A stretch of 49,930 nt of DNA from Betaproteobacteria bacterium (GCA_020346185.1 CP070775.1:3092809-3142738); one strand, 5' to 3'. Positions 17,963-29,187 are shown, counted from the stretch's first letter. Notes: generated by a model not told the origin, from the sequence alone. Translations and numbers: made by a program.

Positions 17963-18835
17963 TTATCGAGGCATGGCATTCAACTGCCACTGCACTAACA
18001 CTGCGTTCGGATCGATCAGTGAATCGACAATCGCGAAATGGTCCAGACCGTCGGGGGCGAACAGTTGGTGCGGGTACCCCAGTTTGCTCCACTTGGCAGC
18101 CATCGCTTCTGATTGACGGTGGTACTCGTCGGATTCGTCTTTGCCGACAATCAGCAGCAACGGCGCCTCGATCGGGTACTCCAAAAGTGCCGGCGAGTTG
18201 CGCCTGGCCATCTCCGGATCCATACCCAACTTCTCATTGAGGTAGGAAAGTTGTATTGGCTCGAGTTCGAACAAACCCGATATTGCGCAGACGCCTTTAA
18301 CAAGATCTCGCGGTAATCCGGCTTCAAAATCCGGCCAATTGGTGCCCAGCAACATGGCCGCAAGGTGGCCGCCGGCCGAATGCCCGGTCACATAAATACG
18401 ATCCGGATCACCCCCGAAATCCTTTGCGTTGCGCCATAACCAAGCCAGAGCGGCGCGGTTTTGCCGCACGATTTCGTCCATGCTCCCGTGCGGCGCAAGA
18501 ACGTAATTGTTCACGACGGTGGTAATGCCGTGCGAAACCATCCCCTCGGCCACATAGGAACAATCGCTTTTGTCCAGCGAGTACCAGTAGCCACCATGGA
18601 TAAACACGTAGATCGGTGCCCCAGAAATCGCTGCTGGAAAGATATCCAGCCTCTCCGTCGCCTGCTGACCGAATGCCACGTCCAGCCGGCAGTTCAGTTT
18701 TTCCCGTGTGCCCTTGCTCCAGTCAGCCCATGCCGCAAACCGATCGATATAATCCGGAAAGCGCTGGCGATTGTTGTATTGAGCGTTGAGTCCGGCCTGG
18801 TCGTAGTCTTGCCAGACTGTTGCCGAAGAACTCAT
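17963..18835 (-). CDS. Alpha/beta hydrolase, arylformamidase (kynurenine formamidase)-like
   Basis: HGGYW, GHSAGG, SGLFEL, DHF. Confidence 0.9.
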   Translation of the reverse strand: MSSSATVWQDYDQAGLNAQYNNRQRFPDYIDRFAAWADWSKGTREKLNCRLDVAFGQQATERLDIFPAAISGAPIYVFIHGGYWYSLDKSDCSYVAEGMVSHGITTVVNNYVLAPHGSMDEIVRQNRAALAWLWRNAKDFGGDPDRIYVTGHSAGGHLAAMLLGTNWPDFEAGLPRDLVKGVCAISGLFELEPIQLSYLNEKLGMDPEMARRNSPALLEYPIEAPLLLIVGKDESDEYHRQSEAMAAKWSKLGYPHQLFAPDGLDHFAIVDSLIDPNAVLVQWQLNAMPR

Positions 18836-19314
18836 TTAACCGCTGCTCTGGTCCGTTCCTGGATACGCGCTTTCTGGCCCGGCGTGGGCATTTCAGATCC
18901 GTCTTGGCGGACAGTTCTGTAAACCGCGGGGCTGGTCAGCTCCAGCAATTCGAGGTCTTCCGAGTATTCCCGCAATTCGTGCAGAGTGTTTCCGGGTATG
19001 GTGACCGTATCGCCCTGCTCATAGCGAAACTCGCCATGGTCGGCGTAGTAAAAGCTGACCCAGCCTTTGAGCACCATGGCGAACTGCAGGTTGACGAGAT
19101 GCCGGTGCAAGCCATTGTGCCCACCGTGCAGATGCTTGGCCTTGATGATATGAGCGTGAAAATCACCATGGGTCGCATCGGCCAGGCCGAGGTCCCGATA
19201 AACGAACTCCTCTCGCAGGCCATCGGTCTCGTATTCCGCGCCTGTGGAGCGGCTTACGACAAATCGATACTCCTGAGAGCCTTTCGCGGGGCCGGGGTTG
19301 AGAGTATTACTCAT
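18832..19314 (-). CDS. Cupin domain-containing protein
   Basis: GLR..F.YRDLG, HRH..LQF..VLKGW, GD...IP...HE; RBS ggagg; ATGA overlap with the hydrolase. Confidence 0.85.
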   Translation of the reverse strand: MSNTLNPGPAKGSQEYRFVVSRSTGAEYETDGLREEFVYRDLGLADATHGDFHAHIIKAKHLHGGHNGLHRHLVNLQFAMVLKGWVSFYYADHGEFRYEQGDTVTIPGNTLHELREYSEDLELLELTSPAVYRTVRQDGSEMPTPGQKARIQERTRAAVK

Positions 19315-19708
19315 GGGATCCTCCGTTTTCATCAGCGTCGGTATCGGCCGGCCGTGAACCCGGCACCAGCATTCGGCGCCGCCCTTCCAGCAAGCCGGCA
19401 TGGAACAAAATACCTGTTCTCGCCGGACGAATTCGCAATATTGCCGAGCAACCATGCCATATCAGATACGAGGCGAGGCACAGCGCTCAATTTACTCCCG
19501 ATCACAGCTTCATGCCAGAGTCACAGATCACAACAGGTAAGGAATCGCTTGACAACCCGTGTTCGACCAGCACGTTGACGGAGATCAATGCTCGGCACCA
19601 AGCGATCGATATGCTAGCTAGGGTGCGTCAGTAGTCTTGCTGATCAGGCGACGCAGGGCAATGGACGGGTGTCAAACGCTGCCAAGTTTGATAACGGCCG
19701 GGGACACA

Positions 19709-21544
19709 ATGCAAACCACAGACGTCATTAGCAGCAACGAAGCCGGCGACCTCCCGGGGCTGCTACGCTGCCGCGCCGCGCGCGCGCCGCAGGCGGTCGC
19801 TTATCGCCAATTCGAAGAATCCACCAATTCATGGCGAGCCTACACATGGAAAGAGATCCAGCAGGAGATCGGCCGATGGCGCACAGCTCTGAACGCAGAG
19901 GGGCTCGAACGCGGCAATCGCGTTGCAGTGATGCTCAAGAATTCCGTGCAGTGGGTGTTGTTCGAACAAGCCGCTCTTTCCCTCGGGCTGGTTGTCGTAC
20001 CTCTTTATAGCAGGGATGCCGCAGGCAACGCCGCCTTTATCCTGGGCAATTCCGGAAGTCAGTTGGTCCTGCTCGGCGACAGCCAACAATGGCAGAAGAT
20101 CGTTCAGCATCGGGAATTGTTCCCCGATCTCGCGACCGTCATCACGCTCGATCGTGCACCCGAAGCCGAACGCGAGTTGGACGTTCGTTACGTCGAAGAC
20201 TGGCTGCCAGACAAAATGTCGGTGCAGCCAGTACATAATGCTCCTGATGATCTCGCCACAATTTGCTACACCTCCGGAACAACCGGTCGGCCAAAAGGCG
20301 TCATGCTGTCTCACCGGAACATTCTCTCCAATGCAGAGGCAATTGTCAGCACAGTTCCGGCATACCGCGAAGACGTGTTTCTCTCTTTCCTGCCGCTTTC
20401 TCACATGCTCGAGCGTACAGGGGGTTATTACTATCCGATGTTGTGTGGAAGCGAGGTGGTTTTCGCGCGTTCCGTTGAGACGGTCGGCGAAGATCTCCAG
20501 CAGATACGCCCGACCGTGCTGATTTCGGTGCCGCGCATGTTCGAGCGGGCTTACGCTCGTATCGAATTCGCCCTGGCAAAGAAAGGCAAGCTCGCACAGC
20601 GTTTATTCAAACTTGCTGAGAAAGTGGGTTGGAATCGCTTTGAGCGACTGCAAGGTCGCAGAGACAAACTCGATTTGGGCCAGCGAATTCTGTGGCCGAT
20701 ACTGCGAATCATGGTAGTAAACAAGATTCTCAGCCAGCTTGGTGGTCGTTTGCGCATGACCATCAGTGGTGGCGGACGCCTCGATGAGCAAATTGCAAAG
20801 TGTTTTCTCGGCTTTGGCCTGCCACTGTTGCAGGGATACGGGCTGACCGAGTCATCCCCCTGCGTCAGCAGCAACGTGGAAGAAGACAATTTGCCAGATT
20901 CTGTCGGCCGGGCATTGCCTGGGGTGAAAGTGCGGCTGGGTGAAAACAACGAGCTACTGGTCGGCGGTCCCGGCGTCATGCTTGGTTATTGGCAACGCCC
21001 CGACGCTACCGCAAATACCTTCGATGCGGAGGGCTGGCTGCGCACCGGAGACATTGCTGAATTCGTTGAAGGACGGATCTTTATCCGCGGACGGATCAAG
21101 GACATCCTTGTTACCTCGACCGGAGAGAAAGTGCCAAGGGCCGACCTTGAATCGGCGATAAGTCGGGACCCGCTGTTCGAACAAGTCGTCGTTGTCGGCG
21201 AGGCCAAACCATACCTCACCGCACTGATCGTCGTGCAAGGCGAAGCCTGGAAGCAGTTTGCTTCAGAACTAGGCCTCGACGCCGAATCCCCGACCACTCT
21301 TGCTTCCATTGAGGCAAAGAAAGCTGTCCTCAAACGGGTCGCAACCCTCCTTAAAGAGTTTCCCTCCTACGCCCGGGTGCGCGACACCTACCTGACCCTC
21401 GAGCCATGGACCGTCGACAATGGTCTGATGACGGCAACGCAAAAACTCAGGCACGCAAAAATCCTGGAGCATTTCGAAGACGTTATAGAAACACTCTATG
21501 CAGGGCATGAGCGACGACCAAAGGCCAAAAGGGAAAACATATAA
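19709..21544 (+). CDS. Long-chain fatty acid--CoA ligase (AMP-dependent synthetase)
   Basis: YTSGTTGRPKG, SFLPLSH, QGYGLTE, RTGD. Confidence 0.93.
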   Translation: MQTTDVISSNEAGDLPGLLRCRAARAPQAVAYRQFEESTNSWRAYTWKEIQQEIGRWRTALNAEGLERGNRVAVMLKNSVQWVLFEQAALSLGLVVVPLYSRDAAGNAAFILGNSGSQLVLLGDSQQWQKIVQHRELFPDLATVITLDRAPEAERELDVRYVEDWLPDKMSVQPVHNAPDDLATICYTSGTTGRPKGVMLSHRNILSNAEAIVSTVPAYREDVFLSFLPLSHMLERTGGYYYPMLCGSEVVFARSVETVGEDLQQIRPTVLISVPRMFERAYARIEFALAKKGKLAQRLFKLAEKVGWNRFERLQGRRDKLDLGQRILWPILRIMVVNKILSQLGGRLRMTISGGGRLDEQIAKCFLGFGLPLLQGYGLTESSPCVSSNVEEDNLPDSVGRALPGVKVRLGENNELLVGGPGVMLGYWQRPDATANTFDAEGWLRTGDIAEFVEGRIFIRGRIKDILVTSTGEKVPRADLESAISRDPLFEQVVVVGEAKPYLTALIVVQGEAWKQFASELGLDAESPTTLASIEAKKAVLKRVATLLKEFPSYARVRDTYLTLEPWTVDNGLMTATQKLRHAKILEHFEDVIETLYAGHERRPKAKRENI

Positions 21545-21683
21545 GACAGGGGCGCGTTGTCGAGGCATTGACATTGGACTGCTTGTGCAATAGCCGCGCT
21601 TGCCCGCCCATCTTGACTCGCGCTATGGCGTCTACCAGCGCATCGAACTAAACTGCGTCATCACGCCTGCTTGAATCACGAAA

Positions 21684-22496
21684 ATGCCAAAGACCATTCG
21701 GACCGAGCTGGGTTATCTGGTCCCGTCAAAGGAAAGGCCCGTCTATTTCGCCTCGCAAGCCGGGGCAGAGGCACAGCTCGATATCGCGGCCAGGATCGTC
21801 CCGCGCGCCGTGACCATTGGGGATGCCCGCGAGAAAGCTCCTCCGCCAACGTTGGATAAAGAAGGCTTTGCTCTGGCGGATCATGTCAGTGCCGTAACGG
21901 ACTTCTATGACGACGCCCAGATCCGCGACATTTACGAAGCCGAAGTCGCCGCACTGGTTAAAGAGATCACCGGCGCCTCACGAGTTGTGGTGTTCGACAA
22001 CACCCGCCGCTCGGATGCAAAGACGATTCGCGGCAAACGCAACACGCGCGAGCCCTCTTCGGTCGTTCACAACGACTACACCGATGCCTCCGCCCAAAAA
22101 CGGCTGCACAACATTCTGCCAGACGAAGCAGACGACCGATTACAGCACCGTTTCGCCATCGTCAACGTCTGGCGTTCGATTGGCGGGCCCGCACTGACAA
22201 CACCGCTGGCGCTGTGTGATGCGAGCAGCGTTTGTGAGACCGACCTGGTCCCCACCGAACGCCGGGCAAAAGACCGGATCGGTGAGCTGCAACTGGTCAC
22301 CTTCAATCCCGACCATCGCTGGTTCTGGTTCTCGGGCTTAACCAGATCAGAAGCGGCGCTCATCAAGACTTTTGACTCCGCTCTTGACGGGCGCGCGAGA
22401 CGCTCGATTCACACGGCCTTCAAAAATCCGGACGCTCCCGCGAACGCTGCCCCGCGCGAAAGTATAGAAACGCGAACCTTCGCGTTCTTCAATTAG
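21684..22496 (+). CDS. CmcJ/NvfI (AsaB-like) family oxidoreductase
   Basis: LDKEGF, HNDYT, NVWR, PLALCDA, HTAF, RESIETR. Confidence 0.88.
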   Translation: MPKTIRTELGYLVPSKERPVYFASQAGAEAQLDIAARIVPRAVTIGDAREKAPPPTLDKEGFALADHVSAVTDFYDDAQIRDIYEAEVAALVKEITGASRVVVFDNTRRSDAKTIRGKRNTREPSSVVHNDYTDASAQKRLHNILPDEADDRLQHRFAIVNVWRSIGGPALTTPLALCDASSVCETDLVPTERRAKDRIGELQLVTFNPDHRWFWFSGLTRSEAALIKTFDSALDGRARRSIHTAFKNPDAPANAAPRESIETRTFAFFN

Positions 22497-22554
22497 GACC
22501 CGGGTTGATTCATTGAATCGCAAATTTCGAACGCTTCCCTGACCCCTGGCACTC

Positions 22555-23280
22555 ATGGAATCTCACATGGCTGACACCACCCCTCCAGAATCTCCCGACT
22601 CCCTCCTTGAAAAAGTAGAGGGTGCCGAGCGACTTTTCCTGTCGGGCCGACGCAGCCGGGAGGCGGATCTCGTCAGCGCGGTGACGGTGTTCCTCGAGTT
22701 TCTGCGTGGATTCGAAAGTTTCGATTTTGAACAGTCCTGCGTAACGGTGTTCGGATCTGCACGCTTCGGCGAGGACCACGAATACTACAAACTGGCCCGA
22801 GACATGGGCCGCGAGCTTGCCAAGATGGGATACGCCGTGATGACCGGCGGCGGGCCCGGATTGATGGAGGCGGCAAATCGCGGCGCCAAGGAGGCGAGCG
22901 GGCTGAGTCTCGGTTGTAATATCCAGCTACCGAGCGAACAGAAACCAAATCCGTATCTGGATAAGTTCATCAAATTCGAACATTTTTTTGTTCGCAAGGT
23001 GATGCTGGTCAAGTATTCCACGGCGTTCGTGGTTATGCCAGGCGGTTTCGGCACCCTGGACGAGGCCTTCGAGGTCGCCACTTTGATACAGACAGGAAAG
23101 CTTGACCGTTTTCCGATTGTCGGGTTGGGCGGCGACTTCTGGACTCAGCTTCGCAAATTCGCGCGTGAGACAATGCTGACAAAAGGCGTCATCAGCGAAG
23201 ACGACATCGCTTTCATCCATCCCACCGAGAGCGTCGAGGAAGCCCTGCAGTTCATTCCACCTCCGCCACAGCGCCAATAG
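22555..23280 (+). CDS. LOG family (TIGR00730) nucleotide phosphoribohydrolase
   Basis: VFGSAR, TGGGPGLMEAANRGA, FFVRK, PGGFGTLDE. Confidence 0.93.
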   Translation: MESHMADTTPPESPDSLLEKVEGAERLFLSGRRSREADLVSAVTVFLEFLRGFESFDFEQSCVTVFGSARFGEDHEYYKLARDMGRELAKMGYAVMTGGGPGLMEAANRGAKEASGLSLGCNIQLPSEQKPNPYLDKFIKFEHFFVRKVMLVKYSTAFVVMPGGFGTLDEAFEVATLIQTGKLDRFPIVGLGGDFWTQLRKFARETMLTKGVISEDDIAFIHPTESVEEALQFIPPPPQRQ

Positions 23281-23517
23281 TTCTTGGTCCATCACGCACA
23301 ACGTTCTCGTCACTGAACTCTGCCGTCACCCTGAGATAGATCGATCTACCGGCTCACCCTCTGCACTTGCCTTGTTTTGAGGGGCCTGCACACTCTTATC
23401 CAGATTGCGAATACTCAACGACCTACCATGGCCCGACCCGCAAGCAGGTACAGTCTGCCGTAGCCTGGAGCAAGCGGCAGTGATAACCTGAACGCTCAGA
23501 GAAACCGGAGGACACGC

Positions 23518-24318
23518 ATGGCACTGTACGCAGCGCAATTCGTAGGATCGATCCCCGAAAACTACGACCAGTGGCTGGTACCCCACCTGTTTGACGGTTA
23601 CGCTGACGACCTGGCCCACCGTGTGTTGGCCCTGCAGCCCAGAACAGTGTTGGAACTGGCAGCGGGCACCGGGATCCTTAGCCGAAAACTACGCGACATT
23701 CTCGCCAGCGGCAGTGATCTTGTTGCCTCGGACCTGAATGCCCCTATGCTGGATATCGCAAGATCAAAGTTTCAGCCGGGCGAATCGGTACGGTTCGACG
23801 AGGTGGATGCAACCGACCTGCGTTTTGGTGACGCGAGTTTTGATGCCGTTGTTTGCCAGTTTGGCGTCATGTTCTTTCCTGACAAAGCGCGTTCCTACAG
23901 CGAGGTCCACCGTGTCCTCAAACCAGGCGGCAGTTATTTGTTCAACGTCTGGGATTCATGGGAGCAAAACCCTTTCGCACAGATTGCGCACGGAATCGTA
24001 GAAGCAACTTTTCCAGATGACCCACCCGGGTTCTACAAAGTGCCGTTCGGCTACCACGACACCGGTGAGATCAGGAAGGCCGTTGCCAGTGCAGGTTTCT
24101 CCGAAGTGACGGTAGAACATTTACCAATGACCTCCACGATACCTTCGGCGGCGAACTTCGCGAAAGGCCTGGTGTTTGGAAATCCACTTCACGATGAAAT
24201 CGTTGCGCGGGGTGGAAATCCGGAGGAAGTATGTGCAGGAGTTGAACAGGCCATCGAAAGAAATGTCGGAACGGATCTGTCACTGCAGGCGTTAATCGTC
24301 CACGCGTACAAATACTGA
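23518..24318 (+). CDS. Class I SAM-dependent methyltransferase
   Basis: VLELAAGTG, FDAVVCQFGVMFFPD, RVLKPGG; RBS ggagg. Confidence 0.92.
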   Translation: MALYAAQFVGSIPENYDQWLVPHLFDGYADDLAHRVLALQPRTVLELAAGTGILSRKLRDILASGSDLVASDLNAPMLDIARSKFQPGESVRFDEVDATDLRFGDASFDAVVCQFGVMFFPDKARSYSEVHRVLKPGGSYLFNVWDSWEQNPFAQIAHGIVEATFPDDPPGFYKVPFGYHDTGEIRKAVASAGFSEVTVEHLPMTSTIPSAANFAKGLVFGNPLHDEIVARGGNPEEVCAGVEQAIERNVGTDLSLQALIVHAYKY

Positions 24319-25197
24319 TCAATCCAGCTTCTGCTTCTGAATCGTGTTTCAAGAAAGCCGACGTAACACACTTTTCCCGTAATGAGAAGCCAGGTGCTGC
24401 CCGACTTGGCAGCGACTGCCTTGCTGACCTTGAACAGATCTTGATGCGGATCAAAGAGCCTGCGCTTTGATTGGCCTGGTCGGAGAATTCGTTTTCTGAA
24501 GAACTCACTCACGGGTATCGTAGAACAACGTTATTCGATCGCTGCGTTGTCGCTTGCTACGACACTCGCATCCGTCGTCCGGGCAAACGCATCTGAACTG
24601 GCCGAAGACAAAGAATTCCATACTTCAAATGCAAACTCTGTCACGGCGCCATACAGCAAGAAGAGGTAAGTTCTGGCGCGCTGTTTTGATCACCTCAGCA
24701 CGTTCAGCTGGCAGCGCAGGTATCCGTCACCGCAAACACAAGGGATTTCGTTTCCCAGCCGATTCCCGCCTTTGGTACGCGATTTTATTCAGGGTCGACG
24801 GGCGAGCGCATCGCCTTCGCCCCGCCCTTCGGACCTAACCTGCACGGCGTCGTTGGGCGCCCGGCAGTAACGGTCGAAGGGTTTACCTAACCCAATACCA
24901 TGCTGAAAACCCTTAAGGGAATGGAATGGTCCGAAGCAGCGCCCAATGTCGCATCACCGCCCCTAGGCATGGGTGCCGGGTCTATACATTACTATGAGCA
25001 AAAAGGCCCGGAAATTCGGCGCAAGATCATTCTCCGCGCCAAGGCGACGCCATGTTCATCCAGGGTCCTGATTCTGACGACGCTTAGCGATATTGGCCGT
25101 ACCCGGATGCAAGCCGCGATCGTTTTGACCTTTCGCAAAAACCTGATCGATTGCTGCTGGCTTATACTGTCCCCACATCGCCAGCAGGAAATCGGTT

Positions 25198-26304
25198 GTG
25201 CGCTGCCCATTCTTTTTTCTTGTCATTTTGTTGTTATCCGCGTGTAGTGCGGACAAAACCGCCAACGCTCGCCTTCCCTTCGCTACGACAGAGATCACCT
25301 CGTTTAATCAGCCTTGGGCCATGAGTTTTCTGCCCGACGGGCGGCTGCTGGTCACCGAGAAGGAGGGTCACTTGTACATCGTGACCCAGGATGGCACCAA
25401 GTCGAAGCCTTTGCGCGGCGTTCCGGATGTTGTTTACGGCGGCCAGGGTGGGTTGGGTGATGTCGTACCGCATCCTGACTTCGCCTCGAACCGTTTCGTC
25501 TACACTAGTTTCGTTGAGGCCGGTACGGGCGGTGTCAGAGGTGCTGTCGTCGCGCGGGCGAAGCTCCAGCTGAATCATGACGGCGGAAGACTGGAAGATC
25601 TCGAGATCATCTGGCGAGCGGTTCCGAAAGTGTCGGGTGGCTATCACTTTGGTCACCGCATCGCCTTCTCGCCAGACGGCTTTCTGTTCATATCATCGGG
25701 CGAGCGCAACAAGTTCAACCCGTCGCAGAACATGAAACAGAACCTCGGCAAGATCGTGCGCTTACATGATGATGGTTCTGTACCCGCCGATAACCCGTTT
25801 GCAAATTATGGTGGTGTGGCGGCGCAGATCTGGTCACTGGGCCACCGAAATCCTCTGGGACTCGCTTTCGACGAAAAGAGCCGCCTGTGGAATGTCGAGA
25901 TGGGGCCTCAGGGTGGCGACGAACTGAACCTCGTTATTCGCGGCGCCAATTACGGATATCCGATCGTCTCAAATGGTGATCACTACGGCGGCCGGGAAAT
26001 TCCCGATCACGAAACGCGACCCGAATTTGAACCACCCAAAGTCTGGTGGACACCCGTGATTTCACCCGCTGATCTGATGTTCTACTCGGGGGCGCTGTTT
26101 CCGGAATGGAAGGGAAACGCGTTCATCGCGGGCTTGTCCGCAGCGGCCTTGATACGAGTAAAAATTGAAGGTGATACTGCGGCCGAGGCGGAACGTTTCA
26201 AAATGAACGCACGAATACGTGCGGCCAGACAGGGGCCGGGCGACGCGATTTGGGTACTGGAGGATGGGCGTGGCGGGCGGCTGCTCAAACTAACGCCTGA
26301 TTGA
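25198..26304 (+). CDS. PQQ-dependent sugar dehydrogenase (GSDH/YliI-like), lipoprotein
   Basis: LSAC lipobox; PWAMSFLPDG, GQGGL, GHRNPLG, GPQGGDELN, NYGYP. Confidence 0.92.
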   Translation: MRCPFFFLVILLLSACSADKTANARLPFATTEITSFNQPWAMSFLPDGRLLVTEKEGHLYIVTQDGTKSKPLRGVPDVVYGGQGGLGDVVPHPDFASNRFVYTSFVEAGTGGVRGAVVARAKLQLNHDGGRLEDLEIIWRAVPKVSGGYHFGHRIAFSPDGFLFISSGERNKFNPSQNMKQNLGKIVRLHDDGSVPADNPFANYGGVAAQIWSLGHRNPLGLAFDEKSRLWNVEMGPQGGDELNLVIRGANYGYPIVSNGDHYGGREIPDHETRPEFEPPKVWWTPVISPADLMFYSGALFPEWKGNAFIAGLSAAALIRVKIEGDTAAEAERFKMNARIRAARQGPGDAIWVLEDGRGGRLLKLTPD

Positions 26305-26497
26305 TTCTAAGCGGCGCGAACCGAGCCAGGCTCACGTTCGTGCTGTTAGGCGCAGAACGCGAGACCCGACTCCAAGCCTGTGCAAGACGTAAACCATCCG
26401 CGATACGCCGCTTAGATACATCGTCAGGCCTTGTACCCTGGAATTTCGCAGTTCGTCTCGCAGGACTCGTCCATTCAGTTAATCGATCGCGTTGCCC

Positions 26498-27202
26498 CTA
26501 TGACAGTAGCCAACCGCCATCGACATCGACGGTCGTTCCAGTCACAAAGTCGTTCTGAATCACAAACAAAATTGCTTGCGCCACTTCATCAGCAGTGCCT
26601 GCCCGAGGGATGATGTTTCCAGCCGTTGTCTTCGCATAGAAAGCGTTACGTTCCTCGCCTTCAAGAGCAACCATCGGCGTGTCTATCACGCCTGGCGAGA
26701 CAACATTGATTCGTTTTGGCGCAAGTTCTCGCGTGATGGCTCGCACCAGCGCCTCAACGGCACCGCCTACGGAGCCGATCGCGACCTGCCCCGGCCGGGT
26801 CTTGCGCGCCGGTGCGCCGCTGACCAAAACGATAGCGCCGTCGTCGGGTAAATGCTCAGCGCCGTAGCGAACGACATTCGCATAACCCCAAAGCTTGTCA
26901 AAGGACCCCTTGTAGCCATCCATGTCCATTTCGAGAAACGGGCCAACTGCGCGCGCACCGCCGGTCGCAGCGCTCACCAGAATGTCATAGGGCGCGCATT
27001 CTTTGAGTACCGACTGCACGGCATCGCGGTCGAGCACATCGCATCTCTTCAGAGTGATACCCGCCGGCAAATCAACCGTGCTATCGGGGTTGCGGCTAAT
27101 TGCGATCACTCTTGCACCCAATGCGACGAGTTGCCTTGCGGCAGCGAGGCCAATGCCGGAGGTCCCGCCAAAAATCACTGCTTTCTTTCCCGCTACGTCC
27201 AT
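26498..27202 (-). CDS. SDR family oxidoreductase (atypical)
   Basis: GGTSGIG, RINVVSPG, VTG...VDGG; lacks YxxxK. Confidence 0.88.
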   Translation of the reverse strand: MDVAGKKAVIFGGTSGIGLAAARQLVALGARVIAISRNPDSTVDLPAGITLKRCDVLDRDAVQSVLKECAPYDILVSAATGGARAVGPFLEMDMDGYKGSFDKLWGYANVVRYGAEHLPDDGAIVLVSGAPARKTRPGQVAIGSVGGAVEALVRAITRELAPKRINVVSPGVIDTPMVALEGEERNAFYAKTTAGNIIPRAGTADEVAQAILFVIQNDFVTGTTVDVDGGWLLS

Positions 27203-28003
27203 CTTTAATCGTCCTCCTCTTGACTTGTTAGATACTCGTTAATCGTTCTTTTTCGACACGCGGTCAACGCCGTACGCAGCGAGAGCACACTATGCCATTG
27301 TTCCCCCTTCAGCAACATATACAACTTAAGTGACTGTCTTTACTGCGCAGTCATTCAGGGAAACCTGGTTACCACCTCTTGAGTACCTGTCTTCCCGCTT
27401 GGTAGGCCACGGGCTGGAATTAATGATTTACCAGTTGATCGGGCGTTCACGCGGCTTGTTGACAGGATTGCGACAGCGGATCACCGAGGCGGTGAGGCGA
27501 CCGAGACCTTGAATGGCGAGGCATTCCCGGCAGTTAGCGCAATCTGGGTCAAAAGCTACACTGCCTAGAATGGGAGCAGCCTAGCATTTTTCCAAAAATT
27601 TAGTGCGCTGCCCCGATTTACAACCACGCCATCCTATATTGCCAGCAACAAATCACTCGGATCGCTCTTGTGCTCAGCATTGCCATCAGCGTTTTATAGC
27701 GAGACCAGATAATAGAAAAGCAGTGCGGACCGCACCTTGATATCCGCGAATAGCTCGTCGGCGCGATCAAAATACTTCATACGCTCGCGTTCAGAAGAAA
27801 CCAACATGGCCGCACAATGTACATATTTTGTACAATCGAATATTCACTTTACATTATCATGCATAAATCATGTAGAAATATAGAAAAATATATTGGCATT
27901 TTGTACACATCTATATATCCTTTGTGGCAACATTAGAAAGCGACAAAGTCTTAGTTTCAAAGTATCAGCCACATATCTTTCAATTCACATCAAGGAACTC
28001 ATT

Positions 28004-28438
28004 ATGATCTCGCGTTCACTACTCGCCTTCCTCGGGCTACTTCTCTCCTCGGCTGCTGCTGCCGCCCCCAACTGGACCATCCTTGCCGGCGACATTGCCA
28101 ACAGCACGTACCTCGACAAAGCGTCAGTGGCCAAGCATGGCGATTTCATGCGGGCGGACGTACTACGAAATTACGACGAGGTGATTACGCTCGGTAACGA
28201 TCCAGTTACAGGGGCCGACATGTATCCCCACCGCTCGGTCAAAGTCACGTACCACGTCGACTGTGGGAGCGGCATGGTTGCCATGACTAGCTGGAAGATG
28301 TTCGAAGGCAGTCTTGGAAACGGAGAAGTGGTGTGGGCAGACAAACTTTGGGGCAAACCCAATCTCACTTCTGCCAATGACGCTGAAACGCGCGACGTTT
28401 TGCGCTCGACGTGCGCTACCAAGAGCGTTTCGCGCTAA
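28004..28438 (+). CDS. Secreted protein, surface-adhesin protein E-like
   Basis: Signal peptide; W.....YLD..SV...S......VDC...C pattern; RBS aagga. Confidence 0.7.
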   Translation: MISRSLLAFLGLLLSSAAAAAPNWTILAGDIANSTYLDKASVAKHGDFMRADVLRNYDEVITLGNDPVTGADMYPHRSVKVTYHVDCGSGMVAMTSWKMFEGSLGNGEVVWADKLWGKPNLTSANDAETRDVLRSTCATKSVSR

Positions 28439-29026
28439 ACAGGTTTTGACCGACACCGTACGGGTTGATGAAACCCCGCTGGTTTTGAAGAGCGGCGTGG
28501 TAGGGCCGGCTGATGGGGCATGTCGGGAAACAAGCCCCCCTTTTTCTGTGAGCAGACCACGAAGCAGGCAATCGGCAGCCGGTTGTGAAAAGCGACCGAT
28601 TCGCTCATCGAGCTTCCCTGGCAGATACATTTGCTGTCCAGAATCACGGGAGGCCCTCTAAATCTTCGCGTTGATAGATCGTGACATGTGGTTGCTGGCT
28701 CTAATGGCTCGAGGCCGACGACGTCACGATAATGCGGCTGAGGAGGTCATCCAAACTAGACGACAAAAACAGGTCGGGCACTCAACAGATTACCACGGCT
28801 GTTGGTGTCAGCATGTTTTTCTTTCGACTCCAAAAGCACATTAGCCATCGGCAGCTTGCACTGTCTCGCTACCTATCTGACAAGTGCTGGTCAGCACTGG
28901 ACAGGCTCAAATACACCTGATACGGCCCTTGACATTAACTGCGACATCTTGAGATTCAACAGTCGCTGACTGGACGACAAGCGCAGAGGAAATACGCACA
29001 CCCCACACCGAGTCCTGCAGCAAGTT

Positions 29027-29048
29027 GACGTCGCCGAGAGGAGACGAG
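29027..29048 (+). promoter_or_regulatory. Candidate enhancer/operator box GACGTCGC-N8-GACGAG (copy 2)
   Basis: Matches 12764-12785 in sequence and in distance to the sigma54 site. Confidence 0.6.
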
Positions 29049-29099
29049 CGCCGTGGCAGTCGATCTCGTAAGCAGTTCTTTTCTTTCGACAAGCATCTA

Positions 29100-29116
29100 C
29101 TGGCATGGCACTTGCC
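29100..29116 (+). promoter_or_regulatory. Sigma54 (-24/-12) promoter
   Basis: CTGGCAT-GGCAC-TTGCC, GG-N10-GC. Confidence 0.8.
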
Positions 29117-29187
29117 ATATGCCAACGCAGTGCGCCTGTTGCGCTACCGCAGTCGATGCGGATAAGACTAAGACAATGGGCAACTCA

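Noticed and set aside
24320-25197. Short ORFs in the 0.9-kb gap (24554-24838, 24900-25247 and others)
   Set aside because: No recognisable motifs or RBS; possibly decayed sequence, but not supportable
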